Source: an uncultured bacterium (GTDB lineage: Bacteria; Auribacterota; Erginobacteria; Erginobacterales; Erginobacteraceae). Taken from it: a DNA stretch of 64,000 bases. A program made the position numbers and the translations under genes. Where the stretch lies: assembly GCA_963822585.1 (NCBI GenBank), contig CAWGIE010000008.1, positions 1 through 64,000 of the forward strand. The letters run 5' to 3'. Below are positions 52,767-61,778 of the stretch, piece by piece (the first letter of the stretch is position 1; each line of letters begins with the position of its first letter). The notes beneath the pieces were generated by a model, which saw only the letters and a list, made by a program, of their open reading frames with translations, had not been told where the DNA came from and searched no databases.

Positions 52767-54626
52767 ATGATGAAGGGGATAAGAAAAAATATTTTTATTT
52801 CCGACCTCCCGGCCATGGCAGTATTGATTGTTGTCGGATTTGTTGTCTATTCCGGGACATTCGGGAATTCCTTTGTCTGGGACGACGAAATCCTGGTGGT
52901 GGGGAATTCTGCCGTCAAGTCTCCCGCCGCCATCCCCTGGCTCTTCACTACCGGTCTCTTCCCCGGGATGGAAGGGAATTTCTATCGTCCGCTGCAGGCT
53001 CTTTCCTACGCGGCCGACTACCGGTGCTGGGAGCTGAATCCCTTCGGTTATCATCTCAGCAATCTGCTGCTGCATATTGTTAATTCCATCCTGGTACTTC
53101 GCGTTCTGGCGCTGGCCGGCGTCCGCCGGCGGTTATCTTTTCTGGCCGCGCTCATTTTCCTGGTCCACCCGATCCAGACAGAGGCGGTCGCCTATATATC
53201 CGGCCGTGCCGACCTGCTGGCAGCGTTCTTCGTCCTGCTTTCCCTTTTCTTTTTCCTGGCGGAAAAAGAAAAATCGGGCTCGCCTGCAGCCGCCGGGGCA
53301 ACCCGGCGCGGATTTTTGTTTCTCTCGGCGGGCTGCTATTTGCTCGCTCTTTTCTCCAAGGAAGCTTCCCTGGTCCTGCCGCTCCTTGTTTTCCTGGTCG
53401 CCGCGGCCGGATCGCGGGGGAGGGGAGAGGCCCTCGGGAAGGCGGCCGCTCCCTCTTTCAGCGGGTATTACGCCGCGCTGTGTACGATCGCTCTGCTGTA
53501 TCTAACCGTCCGGTATGCGGTCCTCAGAAATGGCGCGCTTCCTCTAACATCGAATCCCTATCCTTTTTACCAGAGATTTCTGACCGGCTGGAAGGTTTTG
53601 TTCCTCTATATCAAGGTATTTCTCCTGCCGGTGGGTCTGCGGATGGAGCGGGTGATCTCACCGTCTCTGTCTCTCTTTTCTCCCTTGATAGTGCTGCCGG
53701 CGATTTTGCTCAGTGGCGCCGTGATCGTCGTTTTCCGTTCCCGTCGACGGTACCCGTTGGTATTTTTCGGAACAGCCTGGTTCGGTATCTGCCTTCTCCC
53801 TTACATGAACTGGTTTCCCCTCAACGCCGAGATGGCCGAACACTGGCTCTATCTTCCCTCGGCCGGTTTTTGCCTGCTCTTGGCCGTGGCCGCCCAACCT
53901 TTTCCGGATGGTCGCCGCGCCCGATCCGGCCGCGGTCTTGCAGCCTCCGTATTCATGCTGGCGGCCCTCATTTTCTTCTCCACCCTCACCATCCGGCGGA
54001 ATCTGGACTGGAAGGACAATCCGACGATTTACCGGGCCACCGCGCGGAACTCGCCCCGGAGCCCCCGGGCCCGATATAATCTCGGAAATGTCTATCTGGC
54101 CGAAGGCCGACCGGCCGCGGCGGAAAGAGAATACCGGGAGTCCCTCCGGCTCAAGCCGTGGGACCTGCAATGCCGGCGGAACCTGGGCGCCGCTTTCCTC
54201 CGTCTTCAACGGATACCGGAAGCGGTCAGGGAATATGAGGCGGCGGTATCTCTCGATCCCGGCAATCCGGTTTCCCTCTCCCTGCTGGGGGCGGCTTACG
54301 GCCTGGCCGGACGCCTGGAGGAGGCCCTGCGGGTTCTGGAGCGGTCGATAGACCTCAATCCGCGTTATCCGCAAGCCTATAACAACCTGGGCTCGGTTCT
54401 GGTCCGCCTGGGCCGGTTCGATGAAGCCGGCAAAGCCTACGGGAAGGCGCTGGAGATGCAACCGGGGATGGTGGATGCCGCCTTCAACCTCGGCGTTGTC
54501 TGTTACCGGCAGGGACGTTTCCCTGAGGCCGATCTCCTGATGCGAGAAGTATTACGGCTTTCCCCGGGGCATCCCGGCGCCCTCTTCTGGCACGAGAAGA
54601 TCGGGAGCGAAGAAGAAGCGCGATAA
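52767..54626 (+). CDS. TMTC-like membrane glycosyltransferase (GT-C) with C-terminal TPRs
   Basis: FVWDD, FYRPL, HPIQTEAV-x-YISGRADLL, SKE, AEHWLYLPS; TPR repeats. Confidence 0.85.
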   Translation: MMKGIRKNIFISDLPAMAVLIVVGFVVYSGTFGNSFVWDDEILVVGNSAVKSPAAIPWLFTTGLFPGMEGNFYRPLQALSYAADYRCWELNPFGYHLSNLLLHIVNSILVLRVLALAGVRRRLSFLAALIFLVHPIQTEAVAYISGRADLLAAFFVLLSLFFFLAEKEKSGSPAAAGATRRGFLFLSAGCYLLALFSKEASLVLPLLVFLVAAAGSRGRGEALGKAAAPSFSGYYAALCTIALLYLTVRYAVLRNGALPLTSNPYPFYQRFLTGWKVLFLYIKVFLLPVGLRMERVISPSLSLFSPLIVLPAILLSGAVIVVFRSRRRYPLVFFGTAWFGICLLPYMNWFPLNAEMAEHWLYLPSAGFCLLLAVAAQPFPDGRRARSGRGLAASVFMLAALIFFSTLTIRRNLDWKDNPTIYRATARNSPRSPRARYNLGNVYLAEGRPAAAEREYRESLRLKPWDLQCRRNLGAAFLRLQRIPEAVREYEAAVSLDPGNPVSLSLLGAAYGLAGRLEEALRVLERSIDLNPRYPQAYNNLGSVLVRLGRFDEAGKAYGKALEMQPGMVDAAFNLGVVCYRQGRFPEADLLMREVLRLSPGHPGALFWHEKIGSEEEAR

Positions 54627-54736
54627 AACGAAAAAAACGTTGATCCAGGGGAAAAGGCGGGTGTACTATCTCTTCAGGAACCCCCTTTGCACATTAAAAC
54701 GGCGGCAGAAGTCTTCCCGCGCCATGGAGGTAGGAA

Positions 54737-56701
54737 ATGAGAACCTCGGCCGTACTCGCAGCAGTTGCCATCTTATGCTTCACCATCCCCTTTACCGCGT
54801 CCCCCCAGACCGGTTACACCATCCTGCACAGTTTTGCCGGATGGACTGATAACGACGGATCTGAACCGCAGGGGACCCTCGTCTCCGACGGGAGCATGAT
54901 TTACGGAACAACCGCTTACGGCGGTGCGGCGGATTACGGAACGATCTTCTCCATCGCTCCGGACGGCTCCGAGTATACCATACTCTATCACTTCGGCCTT
55001 CAGACCGACTCAGCTGCTTCCCCCACGGGAAGCCTGGTCTCCGACGGGAGCGTTCTCTACGGCACGACGTCGTATTATGGTCCCAATTACTACGGAACGG
55101 TCTTTGCCATCAATATCGACGGGACCGGGTATACCGATCTGCACGGCTTCAGCGCCTACCCGGGCGACGGGGAAACCCCCTACGGGGGTCTGGCCGGCGA
55201 TGGCATGATGCTCTACGGGACGACTTTCCGAGGGGGGGCGATCGGGGGAGGCACCGTTTTCTCACTGGAACCCAATGTTTCATCCGCCTCCGTTCTTCAC
55301 AGTTTCCCCGCTTTTATCGGTGACGGGGCGCTTCCGTACGCTACCGTGACACTCGATTCCGGGATGCTTTACGGCACAACCGTCCTCAATTTGGCGCCGT
55401 CGATCTCCGGGGCTGTCTTCTCTCTGGAAACTGACGGGAGTGCGTACACCATCCTTCATACCTTTGGCCTGCAGACCGGCGACGGTGGTTTCCCGATAGG
55501 AGGCATTCTCTCTGATGATACCCGCCTCTACGGGACGACCGCCCTGGGCGGAAGCGGTTACTTCGGGACCATCTTCTCTCTCGACCCCGCCGGCGCGGAC
55601 TACACCATCATCCACGATTTCTCCCTCTTAACCGGAGACGGGCTGGCCCCGGCGGCGACGCTGATCTCCGACGGCACCCGCCTCTATGGGACGACGCTCT
55701 ACGGGGGCGAAGACTATTCCGGGGGGACCCTCTTCGCTCTCAATAAGGATGGGACCGGCTACACCATTCTCCACAGCTTCGGCCTTCAGACCGGTGACGG
55801 TTATAATCTTTTCATCAACGGCCTTTTGCTCTCAAACAATACTCTTTACGGTATGACCATGTTCGGAGGAGAATACGATTCCGGGGTGATCTTCTCCTAT
55901 ACCTTGCCCTCGCCGACGCCGACCCCGGCGCCGACCCCGGAATACATGGTCCTTTCTTCCGGGGACTACAACGGCAGCGGGGAATCAAACCTGGCCGTCT
56001 TCCGCCCTTCATCCGGACTTTGGGCGGTCCGGAAGCTGGGCCGGGTCTATTTCGGCGCCCCCGGAGATGTCCCGGTCTCCGGAGATTATGACGGCGACGG
56101 GTTCACCGATGTCGGTCTCTTCCGGCCGTCGACCGGTCTCTGGGCGATCAAGGAAGTGACCCGGGTTTATTTCGGGAACTCATCCGATATGCCCGTGCCG
56201 GGCGATTATGACGGGAACGGGAGCTGTGATATCGCTGTTTTTGACAAGACGACCGGTCTCTGGTCCGTGCGGGGCATGGCTTCCGCCTATTTTGGAACCG
56301 CCGGAGACTTCCCGGTCCCCGTTGATTATGACGGTGACGGCCGGGATGATATCGGGATCTTCCGGCCGTCGACCGGTCTCTGGGCTATCCGGGCGGTGAC
56401 CCGGGTATATTTCGGCCGCGCCGGCGATACGCCGGTTCCGGCCGACTACATCTGGTACGGGGGACAGATACAGTGGGCGGTGGATATGGCCGTCTTCCGG
56501 CCGTCAACCGGTCTCTGGGCGGTCCGCGAGGGCGATCGCGTTTATTTCGGCCGCGCCGGCGATATCCCCTTTGCCGGGCATTTTACCGGAGGCGCCCAGG
56601 AGGCGGGAGGGATCTTCCGTCCCGAGGTCGGGTTGTGGGCGGTCCGGGGAGTGACCCGGGCGTACTTCGGCGTTGCCGGAGATATACCGGTTACCCGGTG
56701 A
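54737..56701 (+). CDS. Secreted protein with Gloeo_Verruco (GloVer)-like repeats and C-terminal FG-GAP-like repeats
   Basis: About 7 YTILHSF...P...L..DG..LYGTT..GG..GT[IV]F units, PTPTP linker, six GDYDGDG-type repeats; GGAGG RBS. Confidence 0.88.
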   Translation: MRTSAVLAAVAILCFTIPFTASPQTGYTILHSFAGWTDNDGSEPQGTLVSDGSMIYGTTAYGGAADYGTIFSIAPDGSEYTILYHFGLQTDSAASPTGSLVSDGSVLYGTTSYYGPNYYGTVFAINIDGTGYTDLHGFSAYPGDGETPYGGLAGDGMMLYGTTFRGGAIGGGTVFSLEPNVSSASVLHSFPAFIGDGALPYATVTLDSGMLYGTTVLNLAPSISGAVFSLETDGSAYTILHTFGLQTGDGGFPIGGILSDDTRLYGTTALGGSGYFGTIFSLDPAGADYTIIHDFSLLTGDGLAPAATLISDGTRLYGTTLYGGEDYSGGTLFALNKDGTGYTILHSFGLQTGDGYNLFINGLLLSNNTLYGMTMFGGEYDSGVIFSYTLPSPTPTPAPTPEYMVLSSGDYNGSGESNLAVFRPSSGLWAVRKLGRVYFGAPGDVPVSGDYDGDGFTDVGLFRPSTGLWAIKEVTRVYFGNSSDMPVPGDYDGNGSCDIAVFDKTTGLWSVRGMASAYFGTAGDFPVPVDYDGDGRDDIGIFRPSTGLWAIRAVTRVYFGRAGDTPVPADYIWYGGQIQWAVDMAVFRPSTGLWAVREGDRVYFGRAGDIPFAGHFTGGAQEAGGIFRPEVGLWAVRGVTRAYFGVAGDIPVTR

Positions 56702-56751
56702 GTCCCGGGATTAGTTGCACCGTACTCGAAAAGGTATTTATTAAGATTGCC

Positions 56752-57000
56752 ATGCGTCCGCAGGATATCGAAAAAATAGCCCAGGGTGTGGCGGGAGCGT
56801 TCTCTTCCGCCGGTGCCGCCCCCCGGGCCGGATGTGGGGCTTTCAGCAATCCGGTTGAATACGATTGCCAGCAATCCTTCGGCTGCTCCTCCAATTACGA
56901 GTGCGGCGATATGGGGAACTTCTCCTGTCTGACGGAGTTCACCTGCCCGGAAGCTTTCTTCTGCGCGACGTACTACAGCGGGACCCCCATAGGCAAGTAA
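56752..57000 (+). CDS. 82-aa Cys-rich peptide, RiPP-precursor-like
   Basis: ATG at 56752 in the frame of ORF 56473-57000; Ala/Gly-rich N-half, six [FY]-x-C motifs. Confidence 0.7.
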   Translation: MRPQDIEKIAQGVAGAFSSAGAAPRAGCGAFSNPVEYDCQQSFGCSSNYECGDMGNFSCLTEFTCPEAFFCATYYSGTPIGK

Positions 57001-57135
57001 TCAGTGATCGGTAATCAGTAATCGGTGGACGGCGATACTGATTACCGATCACTGTTTACTGCGCATTGAACGTTGAGCGTTGAGCGTTGAATGTTGGACG
57101 TTGATCCCCTTATCGTTCGAAGTTCGAAGTCCGAT
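56996..57135. repeat. Family 1 inverted element (56996-57061) followed by a GTTGARC/GTTCGAA heptamer run
   Basis: Directly visible units; contains the peptide's TAA stop. Confidence 0.85.
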
Positions 57136-57144
57136 GGATGACGT

Positions 57145-57708
57145 TTATTTATTCAGGGTTCCTCTCGCCACCGCCAGGTAGAGCAGTATCCCCCAGATGC
57201 CGCCGAGGGCGTTGAAGAGGATGTCGCGGAGGTCGAAAAACCGGTCAGGCAGGAACCACTGGAAAAATTCATCTCCCGCCCCGATCAGGGAGGCCAAGAC
57301 CAATGGCTTCCAGAGCCATCGCCATTTGCCGGAATCGTGCCCTTTCAGGCTGGGACAGGCCAGGAGGCCCAGCAGTCCGAACTGGACCAGGTGGATCCTT
57401 TCTTCGGGAAGGTGGAGGGTGAAGGAATAAACAAGCCCGGCCAAAAAGATCAGGACGGTAAAAATGATATTCCGCAACGGAAGTTTCCAGAGCCGGGAGG
57501 AGATAAAGATCAAGAAACCTCCGGCTAGAAAGATGACGAGAACGAAGATCGTCATCCCTTCGGGCCCCAGGGTTGTTCTCAGGAATTTCTGCAGGGGTCG
57601 GGCAACCGGCGCGTAGGCTGGAATCAGGACCGCCAGCGCCGCCGTCAGGGGCTTATGACTGCGCAGGAGAAAGACCGGCCGGTCAGTCTTTGTTCTTTCA
57701 TCGGGCAT
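57145..57708 (-). CDS. VanZ-family membrane protein
   Basis: ERIHLVQFG, DEFFQWFLPDRFFDLRDILFN. Confidence 0.88.
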   Translation of the reverse strand: MPDERTKTDRPVFLLRSHKPLTAALAVLIPAYAPVARPLQKFLRTTLGPEGMTIFVLVIFLAGGFLIFISSRLWKLPLRNIIFTVLIFLAGLVYSFTLHLPEERIHLVQFGLLGLLACPSLKGHDSGKWRWLWKPLVLASLIGAGDEFFQWFLPDRFFDLRDILFNALGGIWGILLYLAVARGTLNK

Positions 57709-57891
57709 GGGGGAAGAATATCACCTCGAGATCGGAAGCGTAAATAAGTTATATACTCGGACCGGCTCCGAGACACCCAACCCGGATTATCCATGACAAT
57801 TGGAAATTTTTTCATGAACAATCCGATTTATTATCTGTTGATTCAATGGTATACATGGTTCAAATAATTAATTTTTACGGAGTAAAAATTA

Positions 57892-58551
57892 ATGACGAAA
57901 ACAATTGGCGAGATTGAAGAAAAGATGGAAAACCTGGACCCGGAGAGCCTCCGCTTCCAGGTACTGAACTCGGTCAAAAAGTTTAAGGGGAACTGGCTGG
58001 AACTGGGTCGTTTTGTGAGCGTGGTCGAGAAAAAGCAGGCGTTTCGCGACTGGGGGTTCCCGACCTTCGAGAGCTATTGCACCCGGGAACTGAAGCTGCG
58101 GCAGCAGACGGTGATGAAGCTCCTGCGGTCCTTTCTTTTTCTGAAGAAAGAAGAGCCGGCCTTTCTTTCCGCCGCCCTGGCGGATGATACTTCCGCCGGT
58201 TTGCCCGACTATGAGAGCGTGAATATACTCCGCCAGGCCCGGGCCCGGAAATCAATCACCGGGGATGACTACGATCGGCTCCGCGCCGCCGTTTTCAAAG
58301 AGGAGACGCCGCCTCGGGAAGTTGGTCGGCAGTACCGTAGCCTTCTCCAGGACGCCCGAGACGCGGCGCTCGATCCCGAGGAAGCCTGGACGAAGAAGCG
58401 GCGGGAATCCTTGAAACGGGTGCTCGGTTCTCTGCGGACGGTGAAAAACACCGTCGAGCTTTCCCAGCTCCTCCCCGCGGCCGGTATTGAAACGCTGAAA
58501 AAACTGATCGAGCAGGTGGAGCAGGAGATAGGGAGCCTCTCCGAGGAATGA
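57892..58551 (+). CDS. Hypothetical protein
   Basis: Clean 219-aa ORF with GGAG RBS; WLELG..., WGFPTFESYC..EL helical motif. Confidence 0.8.
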   Translation: MTKTIGEIEEKMENLDPESLRFQVLNSVKKFKGNWLELGRFVSVVEKKQAFRDWGFPTFESYCTRELKLRQQTVMKLLRSFLFLKKEEPAFLSAALADDTSAGLPDYESVNILRQARARKSITGDDYDRLRAAVFKEETPPREVGRQYRSLLQDARDAALDPEEAWTKKRRESLKRVLGSLRTVKNTVELSQLLPAAGIETLKKLIEQVEQEIGSLSEE

Positions 58552-58553
58552 TC

Positions 58554-58840
58554 TTAACCCGATTTATTCATAAACCGGGTTAGTTTTGAACCATGACAAG
58601 GATTAAATGAACAGACACACGAAAAGATATTAATTTTACCATATTTTACGGCAATTACAGCCAAAGATCTATTTCTACGGGCAACGTTAACGGAAAGAAT
58701 AACACGTTGTCCTTTCGGAAAAGAAAAAGCTGAGTGCTATCGCCGTGTAAACAAGATCGCTGTTTATAATACATTGAACGACAAGTAGTAACCTGGATGA
58801 ATCATGAAAATTTTCACTTTTCATGATTAATCCAGGTTAA
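58554..58840. mobile_element. ~290 bp MITE-like element, copy 3
   Basis: Interior clearly alignable to 33533-33823 (e.g. gttagttttgaaccatgacaaggattaaatgaacagacacac is identical). Confidence 0.78.
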
Positions 58841-58895
58841 GAGCTCTCCCCGCCGTTTAATTTACAGCGATTTCAAAAACAGGTGAGAGGAAGTG

Positions 58896-59723
58896 ATGAC
58901 ATGGCCTAAAGCCGCCTTCTCTTCTCTCGTGCTCACGTTAATCTGTTTTCCGATCGGCTGGGCGACCGCGGCCGGGGCGCTCTCCGGCCGGCGCGTATTC
59001 TACGATGATTTTTCCGGTGCGCCGGAAATGAGATGGAATTTTTTTTCCGGTCACGTTCCCCGGATCAATGTCTGCCGGGGCAACCCGCCGCCTTCCCTGC
59101 AGAACAGCGTCTTCGGGAAGAAGAACGGTTTGCTGAGTAAGCGGCTGTTCCCTCTTGCTCCGGGGATGGTGATCCGCTGCGATATCTTTATCTCCGGTCA
59201 GGTCGGCGCCGTATGCTTCGGGGGTTCGTTCGGGTTCCCCCGGGATCCGGACGCTTTTTCCCGCGGTGTCTGGCCGGAGTGGCTGGTCGGGATGAGTTAT
59301 GACTACCTGGGCAACCTCGGATGGACGGGAGGGATCGTCCCGGAAGGAGGTACCCTGACCTGCTGCCTGGTGGATGAAGACGGCCGCCTGGAGATCAGCC
59401 GCCGCCCCTATCTCGACGACTATCTTGGTGGCTGGCACAGGTACGAGATATTGATTAAAGATAACGGTTTTGTCGAATTTCGTCTTGACGGGAAGCTTCT
59501 CTACTATTCCCGCAAGCGCATCGCTTACGGCAAAACCCACCTGCCTCTTCTGCTTGGCCAGCATTCCGGCAGGAGGGACAAAGTTTATCTCGACAACGTG
59601 GAAGTTTTGACATACTTAGGAGCCTGTCCGAGTAATGGCTCTCGACGCGTTTCGCGCGCCGAGCAGCCGGATGCAAGGCGCGGCGACGCAGGCGATGCTG
59701 AACGCATCGTCGAGGAGCCGTAA
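58896..59723 (+). CDS. Exported protein, possible ConA-like beta-sandwich; C-terminus derived from a MITE
   Basis: Signal peptide, FYDDFS, WHRYEI..., VEFRLDG, YLDNVEV. Confidence 0.7.
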   Translation: MTWPKAAFSSLVLTLICFPIGWATAAGALSGRRVFYDDFSGAPEMRWNFFSGHVPRINVCRGNPPPSLQNSVFGKKNGLLSKRLFPLAPGMVIRCDIFISGQVGAVCFGGSFGFPRDPDAFSRGVWPEWLVGMSYDYLGNLGWTGGIVPEGGTLTCCLVDEDGRLEISRRPYLDDYLGGWHRYEILIKDNGFVEFRLDGKLLYYSRKRIAYGKTHLPLLLGQHSGRRDKVYLDNVEVLTYLGACPSNGSRRVSRAEQPDARRGDAGDAERIVEEP

Positions 59724-59894
59724 CGCCGCAGACGGCTGCCCGCCGCCGAAACCCTTTGGGCAGCCGCCTCTTGCGGCGCGACTCTGCGTTGCTGCGGCCT
59801 CGTAGTACCGCATAGAGTACGACTTCGGCCTTGCGCCTTGATTCGCTGGCAAGTGGCAGGCTGCGCGTCAGAGATCATTACTCGGGCAGGCTCC
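59619..59894. mobile_element. 276-bp MITE-like element with 19-bp terminal inverted repeats
   Basis: GGAGCCTGTCCGAGTAATG ... CATTACTCGGGCAGGCTCC (18/19 match); GC-rich interior; no transposase. Confidence 0.78.
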
Positions 59895-59991
59895 AAGATA
59901 TGAATGAGCTTGAAAGATGAGATAAGACCGATTATTATTATTATTTTCACCGTGTGAAAGTTGCTGACCGGATTGTTCCTGGATTTCAATA

Positions 59992-60060
59992 AACCGCTGA
60001 TTCAGCGGGTTAGACAGATTATTTTTTCTTTAATCAGCTTAATCCGCTCAATCCGCGGTT
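59992..60060. repeat. Degenerate inverted tandem element (CCGC-GATT type)
   Basis: aaccgctgattcagcgggttagacagatt ... aatcagcttaatccgctcaatccgcggtt. Confidence 0.65.
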
Positions 60061-60098
60061 AAATAAGGTGCGAAGCTAAGTTCAATAAGGGGGAGATA

Positions 60099-60725
60099 AT
60101 GAGTCACACCGCGATAGAAAAATCAATCAAGACGGATATTATCCGTAAGAACACGCTCCTGAAAAAGATCCGCCGCATGGATCGCCGGGTGGAGGAGTAT
60201 CGTCAGCAGGCGGCGGAGTGCCGTAGCCGCCGCCATCACAAAAAATATCTTGCCACCGCCGCGAGATATTCCGCTGAGATGAACCGGCTCCGGCCGATGG
60301 CCCTGGAGCTGGTTGAAGATCTGGACGGCCGGATCCATGAAGAGCTGGCCTTCTCGGTGGAAGAGGTCAATACTTTTAAGGACCAGCTACGGGAGGAAAA
60401 GGCCGAGGTCGAAAAGATTTCGGCAAAACTGGAAAAAGTGGAAGGCAAGCTTCACGCTGATCAGGAACGGTATGCCGAGGAAATTAAAACAGATAAGGAA
60501 GCTCCCGCCCCGGAGAAGCTGAAGAAACTGCTCGATCAAGAAAAGGTCCAGGATGCCCGGCTGAAGAAACAGAAGAAGATGGAGGAAAAGAAAGTCGCCG
60601 GGCTGGAAAAAGAACTGTCCTCCGAAGAGACCGACCGGAAGATATTCGAGGGGGAGCTCGGTCACATGGAAACGGAAAAGAAGATTTTGAATAAGGATTT
60701 ACCCGGGCCGGCCCCGGAGGGATAG
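60099..60725 (+). CDS. Lys/Glu-rich coiled-coil hypothetical protein
   Basis: GGGGAG RBS; highly charged heptad-like sequence. Confidence 0.78.
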   Translation: MSHTAIEKSIKTDIIRKNTLLKKIRRMDRRVEEYRQQAAECRSRRHHKKYLATAARYSAEMNRLRPMALELVEDLDGRIHEELAFSVEEVNTFKDQLREEKAEVEKISAKLEKVEGKLHADQERYAEEIKTDKEAPAPEKLKKLLDQEKVQDARLKKQKKMEEKKVAGLEKELSSEETDRKIFEGELGHMETEKKILNKDLPGPAPEG

Positions 60726-60728
60726 GTC

Positions 60729-61778
60729 ATGAAATTTCTTGCCGGTGTGGTTATGGGGTTTCTTGTGTCCGCCGGCGCTGTTTATTCTCAACCCCCCGAG
60801 GCCGCCCGCCCCGCCGCGGCCGCGCCGCCCGCCGCCTACGATCGGATAGTCGCCCCGGTCGTGGCCCGAAATGCCACCCCCGCCCAGATCGAGAGCGCCC
60901 TCAATCTCATTGCCCGGACCTGGGGGATCTTCTCTTCCCTGCAGTATCTTCATCTCCCGATCCCCGGCGGTGAAGCGGGACTGCTCTTCCTGCGGGGGAA
61001 GGGGGACGAGGTCGCGGAAGCGCTCCGCGTCGCTGAGTGCCTGGACCGGTTCTACCCTCCCCCCTCTGGCCCTCCACTATTGACGTCCCTTCCGCTTCTC
61101 CATCTGGGTGCTTCTGCAATGAGGGAGAAGCTGCTGAACCTCTCCGGCCTGGTTTCCCTGGGGATCGAACCGGAGCAGCTGGTTATTTATCCCTCTGCCG
61201 CCGGGGGTTCCCTGTTCTTTCTCGGATCGCCCGCGGCGGCCAAACAGGTCCGCGAGATCACGGAGGAACTTGACCGCCCCCGCTATGAATCGTTCGCTGA
61301 TATGGCGTCGGCATTTCTGCGGACTTTCCGGGGGGATTTCGCTTCTCATTTCCTTACCATCAGCACCTACGCCGCTTCCGCCCTCCTGCTGCTTCTGATC
61401 CACTTTATCCTGATTCATATCCCCTGGCTGGGCCCGCTTTACCAGCGCTGGTTTACCCTGATCTGGACCCGGCTGATCGATGATGTCAAGGGGAGAGATT
61501 TTGTTTTCGAGGTGATCAAGAGCCTGACGGAGACCGCGGTCGAAGTAGTGGAACAGTCTTCCTGTGCCCCGATGGGGGCCGGAGGTTCTTCCGGGGAGAC
61601 CCTGAGCGGAGAGCAGAAAAAGAGCCGGGCGATGGCCGTTGCCCGGGATCTGGCAATTTTCCGGGGCTTCAACCCGGACGATCCGGACGTCAAGCGGGTG
61701 ATGAATGACCTGATCGAAGCCGCCGTCTACCGGCTGAATCGGCCCCCGGAGGATAAAAATCGGGGGGAGATTCATTGA
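60729..61778 (+). CDS. Hypothetical membrane protein with two secretin-N (NolW)-like repeats and an LL-H holin-like C-terminus
   Basis: LFLRG..DEV.EA....E.LD and LFFLGSP....QVREI.EELDRP; one TM; AVEVVEQ...SGEQKK..A...LIEAAV. Confidence 0.55.
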   Translation: MKFLAGVVMGFLVSAGAVYSQPPEAARPAAAAPPAAYDRIVAPVVARNATPAQIESALNLIARTWGIFSSLQYLHLPIPGGEAGLLFLRGKGDEVAEALRVAECLDRFYPPPSGPPLLTSLPLLHLGASAMREKLLNLSGLVSLGIEPEQLVIYPSAAGGSLFFLGSPAAAKQVREITEELDRPRYESFADMASAFLRTFRGDFASHFLTISTYAASALLLLLIHFILIHIPWLGPLYQRWFTLIWTRLIDDVKGRDFVFEVIKSLTETAVEVVEQSSCAPMGAGGSSGETLSGEQKKSRAMAVARDLAIFRGFNPDDPDVKRVMNDLIEAAVYRLNRPPEDKNRGEIH

